This document shows, piece by piece, positions 1-10,132 of a stretch of 64,000 nt of DNA. Every line of letters begins with the position of its first letter. The first letter of the stretch is position 1. Made by a program: the position numbers and the translations under genes. The stretch lies in the IMG/VR virus record IMGVR_UViG_3300034407_003469; one strand, given 5' to 3'. This DNA is from an uncultured virus (IMG/VR IMGVR_UViG_3300034407_003469) (Duplodnaviria; Heunggongvirae; Uroviricota; Caudoviricetes). The notes beneath the pieces were generated by a model. The model did not search any database. It was not told the origin of the DNA and saw only the letters and a program-made list of their open reading frames with translations.

Positions 1-1029
1 ACAGGTTCGCAAGGAGCAACAGGTTCAACAGGGGCTCAAGGAACTACGGGAACAACAGGAGCACAGGGTAGTACAGGCTCACAGGGTAGTACAGGTTCTA
101 CGGGTGGTACAGGTTCGCAAGGAGCAACAGGGAGTACAGGTAGTCAAGGAACTACGGGAACAACAGGAGCACAAGGTAGTACAGGAGCACAAGGTAGTAC
201 AGGTTCAACAGGTTCTACGGGCTCTCAAGGAACAACAGGAAGTACAGGTAGTCAAGGAGCAACGGGTAGTCAAGGTACACAAGGTATTCAAGGTCCTAAA
301 GGTGTTCAAGGTATTCAAGGTATTGAAGGTGAAACAGGAAATACAGGTTCACAAGGAGCAACAGGTACTACGGGTAGTACAGGGTCACAAGGAGCAACAG
401 GTACTACGGGTAGTACAGGTTCGCAAGGTGCAACAGGTAGTACAGGTAGTCAAGGTGCAACAGGTAGTACAGGTAGTCAAGGAACTACGGGAACAACAGG
501 AGCACAAGGTAGTACAGGAGCACAAGGTAGTACAGGTTCAACAGGTTCTACGGGCTCTCAAGGAACAACAGGAAGTACAGGTAGTCAAGGAGCAACGGGT
601 AGTCAAGGTACACAAGGTATTCAAGGTTTTGTGGGTGAAACAGGAGATACAGGTTTACAAGGAGCAACAGGTTCACAGGGTAGTACAGGTACCACAGGTT
701 CACAAGGTGCTACGGGAAGTCAAGGTACTACGGGAACAACAGGTAGTACAGGTAGTCAAGGTACTACGGGTACAACAGGAAATACAGGTAGTCAAGGTTC
801 TACGGGAACAACAGGAAGTACAGGTAGTCAAGGGGCAACAGGTTCACAAGGAACGGCAGGAACAGGTAGTCACATATTTAGTAGTGCAACTGAAATTACA
901 AGCGGTAGATATGGTTTTGACCAACCTACTGTACCATCTAATACAGATAAGGAAGCTGCGGGTTGGGTAACAATTACTGCATCAAATGGAAATACCTACT
1001 ATGCTCCTGTGTGGGTGGAGTCAGAATAA
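1..1029 (+). CDS. Collagen-like (Gly-X-Y, Ser/Thr/Gln-rich) fibre/spike protein, 5' truncated
   Basis: Frame 1 is open from base 1 ([19 protein letters not shown]...), with Gly at every third residue to ~870, then a short non-collagen C-terminal domain ([19 protein letters not shown]). The track ORF 631-1029 is its tail. Confidence 0.85.
   Translation, partial: TGSQGATGSTGAQGTTGTTGAQGSTGSQGSTGSTGGTGSQGATGSTGSQGTTGTTGAQGSTGAQGSTGSTGSTGSQGTTGSTGSQGATGSQGTQGIQGPKGVQGIQGIEGETGNTGSQGATGTTGSTGSQGATGTTGSTGSQGATGSTGSQGATGSTGSQGTTGTTGAQGSTGAQGSTGSTGSTGSQGTTGSTGSQGATGSQGTQGIQGFVGETGDTGLQGATGSQGSTGTTGSQGATGSQGTTGTTGSTGSQGTTGTTGNTGSQGSTGTTGSTGSQGATGSQGTAGTGSHIFSSATEITSGRYGFDQPTVPSNTDKEAAGWVTITASNGNTYYAPVWVESE
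133..627 (+). repeat. 162-bp exact direct duplication inside the collagen gene (133-294 and 466-627)
   Basis: Base-by-base comparison gives identical segments at offset 333. Confidence 0.8.
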
Positions 1030-1071
1030 TAAAATATCTTTATAAATATATATTTATTCCGATTTTATTGA

Positions 1072-1079
1072 TAAATTTG
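1072..1079 (+). promoter_or_regulatory. Bacteroidota-type -7 promoter box
   Basis: TAAATTTG matches TAnnTTTG, 25 nt before the ATG at 1105. Confidence 0.5.
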
Positions 1080-1104
1080 TTAATTAATCTATAAAACACA
1101 CCTT

Positions 1105-3414
1105 ATGAATAAAAATGTCTGCAAATCTGCAATAAAAAGAGGGGGAAGAATTACTCCATTAATTATCCCTTCTGAATTTACTAACGGTTTAGGTTTAATG
1201 AACCCAAGTATTCTCAAAGTAAAAAATAAATACCTTGTAAATATAAGATGGGTGGGGTATGCACTTTATCATTCCGAATATAATCAAAAATTTCAAAGTC
1301 CATATGGTCCTTTAGTTTATTTAAATCCTGAAGATGATGTCACATTAACAACAGTAAATTATAAATGTGAATTAGATATTAAAAGTGGTAAATTAAAAAA
1401 ATATCAAGCAGTTAATACTAAAAAATTAGATGTAAAGCCTTTGTGGGAATTTATAGGATTAGAAGATGCAAGATTAGTTAATTGGGATGACAAACTAATT
1501 ATGACAGGTGTAAGAAGAGATACAACAACAAATGGAGTTGGTAGAATGGAAATATCTGAAATAAAAGTTGATAAAGAAGTTAAAAGAACAAGAATAGAAG
1601 CACCAATAGATACATATTGTGAGAAAAATTGGATGCCTATATTAGATAAGCCTAATCATTATGTAAAATGGACTAACCCTACTGAAATAGTAAAAGTAAG
1701 CACAAAAAATAAAAATTCTAAAGTTGTAAAATTAGTAGAACAAGAATTAAAAACAGAAAGAGATTTAAGAGGAGGTTCTCAAGTTATAAAATATAAAGAT
1801 TATTGGGTATGTTTAACTCACGAAGTAGATTTATGGAGAAACGAACACAATAGAAAAGATTGTCAATATTATCATAGATTTATTGTATGGGATAAAAATT
1901 GGAAGATTGTTTATTCATCAGATGAATTTAAATTTATGGATGCAAGAATAGAATTTTCTTGTGGTTTGCATTATGAGAATAATGAATTTTTAATAACTTT
2001 TGGTTTTCAAGATACTACTGCATATTTACTATCAATGCCTTCATCTTATTTTGAAGAAATGGTTGGTATGAAAAAATCAAAATCAAAAGATGGTGATATA
2101 AAAGAAATTAATAATCTTAATAAATTCATTAATAATCCAAATTTATATCAATCTAATTTTGATTTAGGTTTAGATTACTTTAAACAAGGTCAATATACAT
2201 CTGCTCTTTCTTTCTTTTTAAGATGTGCTGAAATAGAAGATACCCCTGAAGATTTAGTATATGAATCTTTACTCTTTATAGCCAAATGTATTAATCTATT
2301 AGGAAGAAGAAAATGGGTAGAGTTAACACTATGGACAAATGCATCAAGATTTATGCCTAATAGACCTGAAGCCTATCTATTTATATCTCAATATTATGAA
2401 CAAATTAACAATTTTTCCGTAGCACAATCATTTGCTAAAATTGGATTAGAATTTAAAGATAATGCTAAAAAGATAAGTCCTTTAATAGGATATGAACATT
2501 ATTATCAATTAGAATTTCAAGATGCATTATGTTCTTGGAATATGGGAGAAGGTGATGTGGCAAGAAAGAAATTTAATATATTAGGTTTTTCAAATCATCC
2601 AATATCTAAATTTTATAAAGATTTAATACAAACTAACATTACATCTTTAGGAGTTTCAAGTGACCCTTTTTTACCTTATGATAAAGCTAATGCAGAAAGA
2701 TTAAGATATAAATTTAAAGGATATAGTAAAATTGAGAAAAATTATTCTCAAACATATCAAGATTTATTTGTTCTTTCAATGTTAGATGGTAAAACTAATG
2801 GAGAATATCTTGAAATTGGCTCTGCTGACCCGTATAAAGGAAGTAATACATATCTTTTAGAAAAATTAGGTTGGACAGGATTATCTTTAGAAATTTTAGA
2901 AGAAGAAGTAGTTAGATTTAGACAACATAGAAAAAATCCTGTTGTTTTATGTGATGCTACACAATATGATTACTCTAATTTGATTGGTGTAATAGACTAT
3001 CTACAAATTGATTGCGAACCACCTGCAACTACATTTGAAATTTTAACTAATTTACCTTTGGATAAGTGTGATTTTAAAGTAATCACATATGAACACGACC
3101 ATTATACTGATATGACAAGTAAGTATCGTGAATTATCAAGATTGTATTTATTATCTAAAGGATATAAATTAGTAGTTAAAAATATTGCCCCTGATGAGGT
3201 TGCTTGTTATGAGGATTGGTATATACATCCAAAATATATAAAGCCTAAAATTTTTGATATTATGTTTGAGGAATCGGAAGATATAAAAAAGGCTGACACC
3301 TATATGCTAAACAAAGTAGTTAAAAAGAAAAAATATATAGACACTACCAAGGTAGTTGCTCATATAACAGAAGAGCAATGGAAAAATGCAAAATTTATAC
3401 CTGATAAGAAATAA
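1105..3414 (+). CDS. Multidomain protein: beta-propeller glycosidase-like + TPR + FkbM-like methyltransferase
   Basis: GLMNPSI, GLEDARL, CEKNWMP, RIEFSCGL (GH130/GH43-like propeller); helical TPR-like middle; YSQTYQDLFV...YLEIGSADP..GSNTYLLE..GWTG..LQIDCE (FkbM type). Confidence 0.65.
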   Translation: MNKNVCKSAIKRGGRITPLIIPSEFTNGLGLMNPSILKVKNKYLVNIRWVGYALYHSEYNQKFQSPYGPLVYLNPEDDVTLTTVNYKCELDIKSGKLKKYQAVNTKKLDVKPLWEFIGLEDARLVNWDDKLIMTGVRRDTTTNGVGRMEISEIKVDKEVKRTRIEAPIDTYCEKNWMPILDKPNHYVKWTNPTEIVKVSTKNKNSKVVKLVEQELKTERDLRGGSQVIKYKDYWVCLTHEVDLWRNEHNRKDCQYYHRFIVWDKNWKIVYSSDEFKFMDARIEFSCGLHYENNEFLITFGFQDTTAYLLSMPSSYFEEMVGMKKSKSKDGDIKEINNLNKFINNPNLYQSNFDLGLDYFKQGQYTSALSFFLRCAEIEDTPEDLVYESLLFIAKCINLLGRRKWVELTLWTNASRFMPNRPEAYLFISQYYEQINNFSVAQSFAKIGLEFKDNAKKISPLIGYEHYYQLEFQDALCSWNMGEGDVARKKFNILGFSNHPISKFYKDLIQTNITSLGVSSDPFLPYDKANAERLRYKFKGYSKIEKNYSQTYQDLFVLSMLDGKTNGEYLEIGSADPYKGSNTYLLEKLGWTGLSLEILEEEVVRFRQHRKNPVVLCDATQYDYSNLIGVIDYLQIDCEPPATTFEILTNLPLDKCDFKVITYEHDHYTDMTSKYRELSRLYLLSKGYKLVVKNIAPDEVACYEDWYIHPKYIKPKIFDIMFEESEDIKKADTYMLNKVVKKKKYIDTTKVVAHITEEQWKNAKFIPDKK

Positions 3415-3415
3415 T

Positions 3416-3721
3416 ATGAATAAAGAGTTACAATTTGCATTAGAATTAAATAACTGTACTTTGATAGATGGGTGGAATGATGCAGTTATTGGAATTACTC
3501 ATAGTGATAAACCAAAAGCAGTTTATAGTGTTTCTAAATGTATAGCACTTATTAAAATAAAAGAAAATATCTCTTTTGAAGAGGCTGAAGAGTTTTTTAT
3601 TTATAATCAATTAAAAGGAGAAGATGCTCCTATTTTTGTAGCTTTAAATCAAGACTTATCTTCGGATGTAGATTATTATCGTTTAACAGATGCACAAATA
3701 CAAGAAATGTATTCAAGATAA
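3416..3721 (+). CDS. Conserved phage hypothetical protein
   Basis: DGWNDAVIG...AVYS..KCI...EEAEEFF.YN pattern seen in marine phages; ATG at 3416 preferred over 3386. Confidence 0.6.
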   Translation: MNKELQFALELNNCTLIDGWNDAVIGITHSDKPKAVYSVSKCIALIKIKENISFEEAEEFFIYNQLKGEDAPIFVALNQDLSSDVDYYRLTDAQIQEMYSR

Positions 3722-3722
3722 T

Positions 3723-4361
3723 CTAAAATAGTTTTGTTTGAGTTTGTGGTCTATAACTTGCATCATATCTTTTATTAACACCTTTTGGATAATTTAAAGT
3801 TTTAATTTTTAAATCTTTTTTCATTTTTTTAATATCTTTTTTATTTCCATTAAAAAATAAATACCTATGTGTTGGCTTTAATAACACTTTATCTACAATT
3901 TTACCTTTATTGTCTATCCCTCTTCTAATATCAAATGAACTACCATCTTCAAATATATACCTATGTTTAGGGGTGCTTACTCCTGTATATATCCAATTGG
4001 TGGCTTGATATATGTAACCATTATGTCCTTGATTTTGGTCTGCATAAGAAACAATACAAGTTGGTTTAGGTAACATTTTTAATGATTTAGAAACAAAATA
4101 TGATAAAGTATTTTTAGGCAAACCTTCGTTTACTACTAACCTATTTAATTCAAGAGTTAGACATTCAAAAGAATTAAAAACACATTTTCCATTATTATAA
4201 TTGTAATTAGGGGGAAATCCAAAAGTACATACTCCATTTAATTTTCCATCTATAAATAGTCCATATGCATAAGATATACTACACATTCGTTTTGCATAAT
4301 GTTTATTTAATATCCAATCTCTACATTCAAAATTGCTTATTTTCTCAACTTTTTTTTTCAT
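3723..4361 (-). CDS. Mom-like (GNAT-fold) adenine-modification enzyme
   Basis: HYAKR, GVCTFG.P, LELNRL, IVSYAD..QGH.GYIYQATNW.YTG motifs of phage Mu Mom homologues. Confidence 0.75.
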   Translation of the reverse strand: MKKKVEKISNFECRDWILNKHYAKRMCSISYAYGLFIDGKLNGVCTFGFPPNYNYNNGKCVFNSFECLTLELNRLVVNEGLPKNTLSYFVSKSLKMLPKPTCIVSYADQNQGHNGYIYQATNWIYTGVSTPKHRYIFEDGSSFDIRRGIDNKGKIVDKVLLKPTHRYLFFNGNKKDIKKMKKDLKIKTLNYPKGVNKRYDASYRPQTQTKLF

Positions 4362-4557
4362 TTGATACATAAATTGCAAACCATTCATCAAAATTTAATT
4401 TATCTTTCATTAGTTCTTGTCTAATATCATTACAATAGTCGTTGTATTCTATTGCAGTAGATTTAATAAACTTATAGCTTAAATCTTGAATTTTTTCCAT
4501 AAATAAATCTATTTCTCTATTTGCTCTTACTAATTGTTTAGCTGACTTGTTCTTCAT
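4345..4557 (-). CDS. Hypothetical protein
   Basis: 70-aa ORF overlapping neighbours in the operon. Confidence 0.5.
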   Translation of the reverse strand: MKNKSAKQLVRANREIDLFMEKIQDLSYKFIKSTAIEYNDYCNDIRQELMKDKLNFDEWFAIYVSNEKKS

Positions 4558-5464
4558 TAAACTTATCTTTTATTTCTTTCATCTCTTTTTTGGTATATTT
4601 TTTGGTTGTTTCTTCTGATACAAGTTCTGCGAGATGAATTTTAGCAGATTTTATTTTGGGGTCTAATCCGGGTAATAACGGCTCTTCCGAATTATCTTCT
4701 TCCATAGCTTGTTCAAATATAGATGCAGTTGTTTTGGTTTGGTCTACAACAATAGGGTGATTATTTTCATCTAATCTCATACTACCACCACCTTCTACAA
4801 CATTATCATATGCAATTACTTTTGACATATTTAAATTTTTTGGTAGCAATTTACATAATTGTTTAAAGCAAGTTTTCTTTGACATCCAATTTTCAGGGTC
4901 TTTAGATGTAAACCATATAGAACGATTACCTGCTTTAGAAAGTGTTTGTATGGCTCTTAAATCATCAATATTCATAACTTTAAAAATAGGGTCTTGGTTT
5001 TTAAATCTCACTACACAATAAACTGCAATTAATTGACCTCTATCAACAGATGTTGGCTTATGAGATAATGTAGGGTTCAATCCTAACTCATATTCAAAAT
5101 CATCATTTTCATAAACACATTCACTTGATATATTCTGAACATCAGGATTTCTATACATCAATTTACTTAATCCTTGATAACCAATTTGAAATTGACATTC
5201 ATTACCATATGGAATAAGCCAACACTCCCCCATTTGTGCAGTTGGTGATAATCCAAATTCAGCACAAGTTAAGATTGAAGAAAAAACAGATGCAGGATTT
5301 TTATTGAATACCTGTAAGAGCCTTGAGTTTCTTTTTATTTGATTAACTGCCATATGTATAAATTGTTGTGGGTTAATCTCTTGCTCCTCTAAAAGGTCTT
5401 TTATAGTTTGTAAATAATATTTACTTAATTGGTTTTCAAATTTTATTGCTATTTCTTTTGACAT
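4538..5464 (-). CDS. recT: RecT-family ssDNA annealing protein
   Basis: SILTCAEFGLSP, GECWLIPYG, QFQIGYQGL, VYENDDF, M.KKT..KQL.K.LP. Confidence 0.9.
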   Translation of the reverse strand: MSKEIAIKFENQLSKYYLQTIKDLLEEQEINPQQFIHMAVNQIKRNSRLLQVFNKNPASVFSSILTCAEFGLSPTAQMGECWLIPYGNECQFQIGYQGLSKLMYRNPDVQNISSECVYENDDFEYELGLNPTLSHKPTSVDRGQLIAVYCVVRFKNQDPIFKVMNIDDLRAIQTLSKAGNRSIWFTSKDPENWMSKKTCFKQLCKLLPKNLNMSKVIAYDNVVEGGGSMRLDENNHPIVVDQTKTTASIFEQAMEEDNSEEPLLPGLDPKIKSAKIHLAELVSEETTKKYTKKEMKEIKDKFNEEQVS

Positions 5465-5604
5465 TTTATACTTTTTAATTGTTTAAACTTATTCATTTTC
5501 TTATCTATGGTTTTACAATCCTTGTAATCATCAGTATAACCACCTATTGTATAAACTCTGCAAAACTCTTTTACTTTCTCATCTGTCCACTTAAAATTTT
5601 TCAT
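5449..5604 (-). CDS. Small hypothetical protein (51 aa, not in ORF track)
   Basis: Hand translation MKNFKWTDEKVKEFCRVYT...; ATGA overlap with the upstream stop. Confidence 0.55.
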   Translation of the reverse strand: MKNFKWTDEKVKEFCRVYTIGGYTDDYKDCKTIDKKMNKFKQLKSIKCQKK

Positions 5605-5789
5605 ATTTGTATATCTTTTAGTGATTTACTTAATTTTTGTGGTATTGAATAACTTGCTCTTACTCTATTAGATATTGTTTTATCTAATTGATATAAGTAA
5701 TCAATTTCTTTTTGAATTTGTTTACTTGTTCTGTTGCCTACGGTTCCAAACTCTTTTTTATATTTCCATTTTGATACTATTCTTTCCAT
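5601..5789 (-). CDS. Hypothetical protein
   Basis: 62-aa ORF in operon. Confidence 0.5.
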   Translation of the reverse strand: MERIVSKWKYKKEFGTVGNRTSKQIQKEIDYLYQLDKTISNRVRASYSIPQKLSKSLKDIQI

Positions 5790-5800
5790 AATTTCTATTT

Positions 5801-6190
5801 TTAAAGATTTAAGTTAGTTTGAATATTGTTTTTAATTATATATTGCTTTTCAAGAGAACTCTTAATGTATAAGATTGAATTGGCTCTTTCTTCAAGTGAC
5901 TTTATATATTCTTTGATTTCATTATTATCAAGAGAAACATAGTAACCTTTACTTGTAGCAATTAAACAAGCTACATAACCATTTGCTCTTATATGATGAA
6001 TTATTTTTCTTAAACGACTATCAGTAATTTTATACCCTTTGTCTTTTAAGATTTTACATATATACTTGTTTGTAACGGCTTTATCTTTTCCTATTTTAGT
6101 TTTCAATCCACTAACGATAATAGGTAGTAAAGTTCTTAACTCATAATCATTTAACTCGTGAGTTATTTCTGAAAAATTAGTTATACTCAT
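5801..6190 (-). CDS. Winged-helix-like DNA-binding protein
   Basis: ITDSRLRKIIHHIR...LIATSKGYY; start at 6190 lies downstream of a promoter. Confidence 0.6.
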   Translation of the reverse strand: MSITNFSEITHELNDYELRTLLPIIVSGLKTKIGKDKAVTNKYICKILKDKGYKITDSRLRKIIHHIRANGYVACLIATSKGYYVSLDNNEIKEYIKSLEERANSILYIKSSLEKQYIIKNNIQTNLNL

Positions 6191-6210
6191 TTTATTTACT
6201 TTGGTTATAC

Positions 6211-6232
6211 ATTTGATTTCATTACAAATATA
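6211..6232 (-). promoter_or_regulatory. TATATTTG promoter box followed by GAAATCAAAT motif
   Basis: Perfect TAnnTTTG (6225-6232) plus a 10-bp motif shared with 10420-10441. Confidence 0.6.
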
Positions 6233-6294
6233 TAAAAAAAACAATACAAACAATATATCTTTAAAGATATTTAAGAAAATATCTAATTAAATAT

Positions 6295-6639
6295 TTATTT
6301 AACCTGATAATCTCCTAAAAAAAATGCTTTATTTTTATCTAATTTTTGCACTCTAATATGAAAATAATGCTCATCTACGGATTTAATATATTCCATATTT
6401 CGTTGAAAGTCTGTCATTTCGTGTGCAACCACACCATTTTCCCACTTTTTATGACAAGAGAAACAATGGTAACGAATATTGTTAATATCTGTTATTAAAG
6501 ATTTAGAGTGTGAACGAGGTATTAGATGACTATGAGTTAACTGATTGTATGTCCCACACCCCGAACAACGGTGAGGTAAGGTTTCGGACATCTTTTGATA
6601 AACTTTTTCTAATTCTTTATTTACTTTTAAAAATTTCAC
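6295..6639 (-). CDS. HNH endonuclease
   Basis: CSGC...THSHLIPRS...NIRYHCFSCH. Confidence 0.75.
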   Translation of the reverse strand: MKFLKVNKELEKVYQKMSETLPHRCSGCGTYNQLTHSHLIPRSHSKSLITDINNIRYHCFSCHKKWENGVVAHEMTDFQRNMEYIKSVDEHYFHIRVQKLDKNKAFFLGDYQVK

Positions 6640-6640
6640 T

Positions 6641-6979
6641 CTAATCTATAATGTCTTTCATAGCTTTAAATAATAGTTCGGCTGACTTTTTAGAATCCTT
6701 TTCTTTATTTACATCATCTAAATTTTTAACAAATTTTTTCATTCTTAATGCAAATGTTAATTTTCTATATGTATTTCTAATAAACTTTTTCAAAACATAA
6801 AACAACTTTACTATTTGAAGAGGAACGGTAAATAATACACATACTATCCATAAAGACATTTCAATAAATATTGGCTCGTTAAAAGGGAAATCTTTTTTTA
6901 GTTTTTCTCTATATTCTTTTTGAACATTAAAATATTCAATTACTCCTATTACAAAATACAAAATGACAAATAACTTCAT
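6641..6979 (-). CDS. Membrane protein
   Basis: Two hydrophobic segments; TATATTTG box upstream at 6995-7002. Confidence 0.55.
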   Translation of the reverse strand: MKLFVILYFVIGVIEYFNVQKEYREKLKKDFPFNEPIFIEMSLWIVCVLFTVPLQIVKLFYVLKKFIRNTYRKLTFALRMKKFVKNLDDVNKEKDSKKSAELLFKAMKDIID

Positions 6980-7011
6980 AGTAAAATTTTAATTCAAATA
7001 TACATAAATAA

Positions 7012-7518
7012 CTACATCTTGTCAACCAAGCCTATAATGTCATCAATGTTTTTACTGATAGATTTCATATCTACATATTTTTTATAATAGTCTTTATGCT
7101 TAATACATTGCATCAGAAATGAAACATTATAAGTGTCATTAAGAAAATCATCAAATCTAACCTTTCTTCCTAATAATTTTTTCATAGATTTTATAGAATA
7201 ATTTCCTAATATATGAGAATAAGAGTTATGTTCTCCTAAATTCATTTGATGTAATTTTAAAGGTATATCTTGCTTTAATCTAAAATTAGGCTCTTTTTCT
7301 CTAATACTTCCCACCTCTCTTCCTGACACTTCACATACAATAGGAGTGATTTCAGGAACTTTTCTTCCTTTTCTATCTATATCCCTTACAAGTGCTTTTT
7401 GGAACCTTAAAACCTTTATATATCTATATTGCAAATCATCATCTAATATATTATTTTCAATAAAATCTATTATTGTATTTAATTCGTGTATTTTTTTGTC
7501 AAGTTTACTAATCTTCAT
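7012..7518 (-). CDS. Hypothetical protein
   Basis: 168-aa ORF. Confidence 0.55.
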   Translation of the reverse strand: MKISKLDKKIHELNTIIDFIENNILDDDLQYRYIKVLRFQKALVRDIDRKGRKVPEITPIVCEVSGREVGSIREKEPNFRLKQDIPLKLHQMNLGEHNSYSHILGNYSIKSMKKLLGRKVRFDDFLNDTYNVSFLMQCIKHKDYYKKYVDMKSISKNIDDIIGLVDKM

Positions 7519-7535
7519 TTTTAATAGGTGTGATA

Positions 7536-8366
7536 TTAATCTCCGATGTTTTTGGTTAAATGCTTAATATTTGTGCTAAACCATACTTCACTAACTTCAG
7601 GAACTTTTACTTTAGATTCACAGGTTTCATTTAAAAAACATTTGGCACATCTTGATATATTTGGAATAGCATTAAATCCATTCTTCATATTATGCATTAA
7701 ATAATTTAATCCCATCCTTATATCATTTGCGTGTTCTTCATATAAATCTTCTTCTATATTTACTTTTATTATTTTAAAATCGTGTTGATTGGTAGTGGAA
7801 AATACCCAAAAATAAAAATCTAAATCTTCTCCATAAATATTTTTATATAGCCATTTATAATGAAGAGATTGTATAAGTAAAGTTAATTTGGGTCTAAATT
7901 CTCCTGCAAGATGTTCAGTATTCCAACCATAATCATTCCACTTATCATCAAATAATGCAGTTGTTTTAATATCTATTATGGATTTTTTTCCATTGACTTT
8001 AGCAATTATATCAGCCGTGCCTGTTATATTTCCCCAATTCATATTTACTCCTGTCTGAATATCTGTAACATTATAATGCTTAATAGCATAATTATAGTTT
8101 TCCACTTGTTTTAACATTCGTTCATATGCAACAGATAATTTACCACTTTTAAGAGTTTTTGGAATAGGAATTTCAGGGTGATATGAGGGTAGAGCACCCG
8201 TGCATTTATACTCAAACCAATTTCCTAATGCTTGTGCATCAGTAGTTATACCTTTCATACCTTTGATATAAAGGGCTTCAACTTTTAATCCACACTCTTT
8301 TTTTTCAGCATATTTCGTTAAGGCTTTGAGTAAAGATTGAGAAATTGATAAATTATCTTTTTTCAT
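7536..8366 (-). CDS. PD-(D/E)XK Cas4/RecB-like exonuclease (likely RecT partner)
   Basis: GTADII...IIDIKT, Q..HY, N-terminal Cys plus C-terminal CxxC-x5-C. Confidence 0.8.
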   Translation of the reverse strand: MKKDNLSISQSLLKALTKYAEKKECGLKVEALYIKGMKGITTDAQALGNWFEYKCTGALPSYHPEIPIPKTLKSGKLSVAYERMLKQVENYNYAIKHYNVTDIQTGVNMNWGNITGTADIIAKVNGKKSIIDIKTTALFDDKWNDYGWNTEHLAGEFRPKLTLLIQSLHYKWLYKNIYGEDLDFYFWVFSTTNQHDFKIIKVNIEEDLYEEHANDIRMGLNYLMHNMKNGFNAIPNISRCAKCFLNETCESKVKVPEVSEVWFSTNIKHLTKNIGD

Positions 8367-8721
8367 TTTTTAATTCCATTAAATGTTCATACCAACCATT
8401 ATCTCCTTCAACTACTCTAAATAGTTCGCCATCTTCTGCTTCACTACCGTTATTTTTGATTTCGTATTTTTTTTTTACAATATCAGCTACATACTTTTCT
8501 ATAATTTCAGAATCTACATCCCACCTGTCATCATCATAATCAAAACACATATCTCCATCTTCATCTTTATAAGCATCAATTGGAGAAACATTAGCATAAT
8601 CCCTTAATAAACTTTTATCCATATAATAATAGCCAATACAATAATAATTATTGTCTACATCTACAAAATATGCAGTTTCGCCATCATCAAATTGTAAAGT
8701 TAGATTAGATGGGTATTTCAT
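8353..8721 (-). CDS. Acidic hypothetical protein
   Basis: 122-aa ORF with overlapping start/stop. Confidence 0.55.
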   Translation of the reverse strand: MKYPSNLTLQFDDGETAYFVDVDNNYYCIGYYYMDKSLLRDYANVSPIDAYKDEDGDMCFDYDDDRWDVDSEIIEKYVADIVKKKYEIKNNGSEAEDGELFRVVEGDNGWYEHLMELKNEKR

Positions 8722-8942
8722 ATATATAATCTTTTAGCAAGTAACAAAACTTCAAGTTCAGATGCACCAACTAAATCTTCTGTTGTTTTAGAATACTGAT
8801 TTATATATCTTTTAGCACAATCTAATTGTTGATGATTTTCACAACTCTCTATTATTTTTCTTCCTTTATTTTTAGCTTGAAGGATTTTATCCATAATATC
8901 TATTCTAAAATTTAAGAGGTTATCGTTGTCTTTTGTTATCAT
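8718..8942 (-). CDS. Hypothetical protein
   Basis: 74 aa, ATGA-coupled. Confidence 0.55.
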   Translation of the reverse strand: MITKDNDNLLNFRIDIMDKILQAKNKGRKIIESCENHQQLDCAKRYINQYSKTTEDLVGASELEVLLLAKRLYI

Positions 8943-9160
8943 TTTTTAATTTTTTTTAATTTAACAACTAAATTTATAGCTTCATCTTTATGATGATGAT
9001 TTATTGTTGGTAATATACTTTCTAAATATTTTAGGTCATCACATTTTGATTTCTCTATTCCCATCTCTAATGTTATGGTATATAATCTTTTATATTTTTC
9101 TAAAATATTTCTTGTTTCGGGATTAATTAAATCGCCAAGTGTTGATTTTTGATTTTCCAT
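8939..9160 (-). CDS. Hypothetical protein
   Basis: 73 aa, ATGA-coupled. Confidence 0.5.
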   Translation of the reverse strand: MENQKSTLGDLINPETRNILEKYKRLYTITLEMGIEKSKCDDLKYLESILPTINHHHKDEAINLVVKLKKIKK

Positions 9161-9169
9161 TATTATTTT

Positions 9170-9706
9170 TTAAAAAGGTAAGCCTTCATCAAGATTATTA
9201 TCCTCAACAGGTGGATTGGGTACACTTTCTTCTTTTACTTCTTCTTTATTATTAGGCTCAAAAGGTTTGCTTTGTTTCCAAAAATCATCATCTCTTGTAA
9301 ACCAAGATTTTAATGTAATAATAGATAACTCATCTCCTGTATCTACATTTATATCTATTTCAATATGAACGGCAGATGAGGGCATCCAAGCATAAACATT
9401 ATTATCTTCATCAGATATGCAAATAGCCTTTTCTCTTATAGAATTAACTATTACCATTTTATCTTCATTATAATCTTTGTCGCAAAATTTACATAATTCT
9501 TTTAACATTAATCCTGTTGTAGGACAATGAGAAATTTTCTTTTTATGACTTTCAGATTCTTTTCTTAAAGCAAGTATTTGTTTTTCAGATAACATTGCTC
9601 TTTCTTTATAAAAATCTGATAATGATTTAAGAAAAGGGTTTTCTTCTTTATAACTTTCAAGGTATTTTTTTTCCTCTTCAGTAAGGGTTGGTGTGTTTGT
9701 GTCCAT
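9170..9706 (-). CDS. Hypothetical protein with SSB-like acidic C-terminal tail
   Basis: Ends DEGLPF; FL.SL..F......LSEKQI motif. Confidence 0.55.
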   Translation of the reverse strand: MDTNTPTLTEEEKKYLESYKEENPFLKSLSDFYKERAMLSEKQILALRKESESHKKKISHCPTTGLMLKELCKFCDKDYNEDKMVIVNSIREKAICISDEDNNVYAWMPSSAVHIEIDINVDTGDELSIITLKSWFTRDDDFWKQSKPFEPNNKEEVKEESVPNPPVEDNNLDEGLPF

Positions 9707-9717
9707 CTTATTATTAT

Positions 9718-10122
9718 TTAGTATTCATATTCGTTAAATTGCACATCTATTGTTTTATCTTTAAAATCTAATGTTATTTCATTAATTTCTAATTTTCCAA
9801 AATCAGATGGTTCATAATCTATTTTTATAGATTTCCATTCTTTATTGTAAGGCTCAACATAAGTAAAGTCAATCTCATCTTTAATAGACAATTCATAATT
9901 TTTTTCTACATTATTAGTTGTACTATACATTCCATCTATTTTTATTTCTTTAACAACAGGAGTAATATCTTTAATTCCATAATCTCTGACATTTATCCAA
10001 GCCTCCCATTCTACGACAATAGTAATATCTTCAAACATATCGTAATCTTTATCTATTTCTTCAAAATTAAAAAATGTGTAATTTTTTATATCTGTAAGTT
10101 TGGTTGTAAATTTTAAATTCAT
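9718..10122 (-). CDS. Hypothetical protein
   Basis: 134-aa beta-rich acidic ORF. Confidence 0.55.
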   Translation of the reverse strand: MNLKFTTKLTDIKNYTFFNFEEIDKDYDMFEDITIVVEWEAWINVRDYGIKDITPVVKEIKIDGMYSTTNNVEKNYELSIKDEIDFTYVEPYNKEWKSIKIDYEPSDFGKLEINEITLDFKDKTIDVQFNEYEY

Positions 10123-10132
10123 AATTTTTTTT

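Noticed and set aside
1..870. CRISPR-like or satellite repeat array
   Set aside because: Repeats have 9-nt codon periodicity and no unique spacers; they encode collagen
104..970. 288-aa V/Q-rich ORF
   Set aside because: Shifted-frame shadow of the collagen Gly-X-Y repeats
7536..8366. CRISPR-Cas system suggested by the Cas4-like nuclease
   Set aside because: No array or other cas genes; the RecT context indicates a recombination exonuclease
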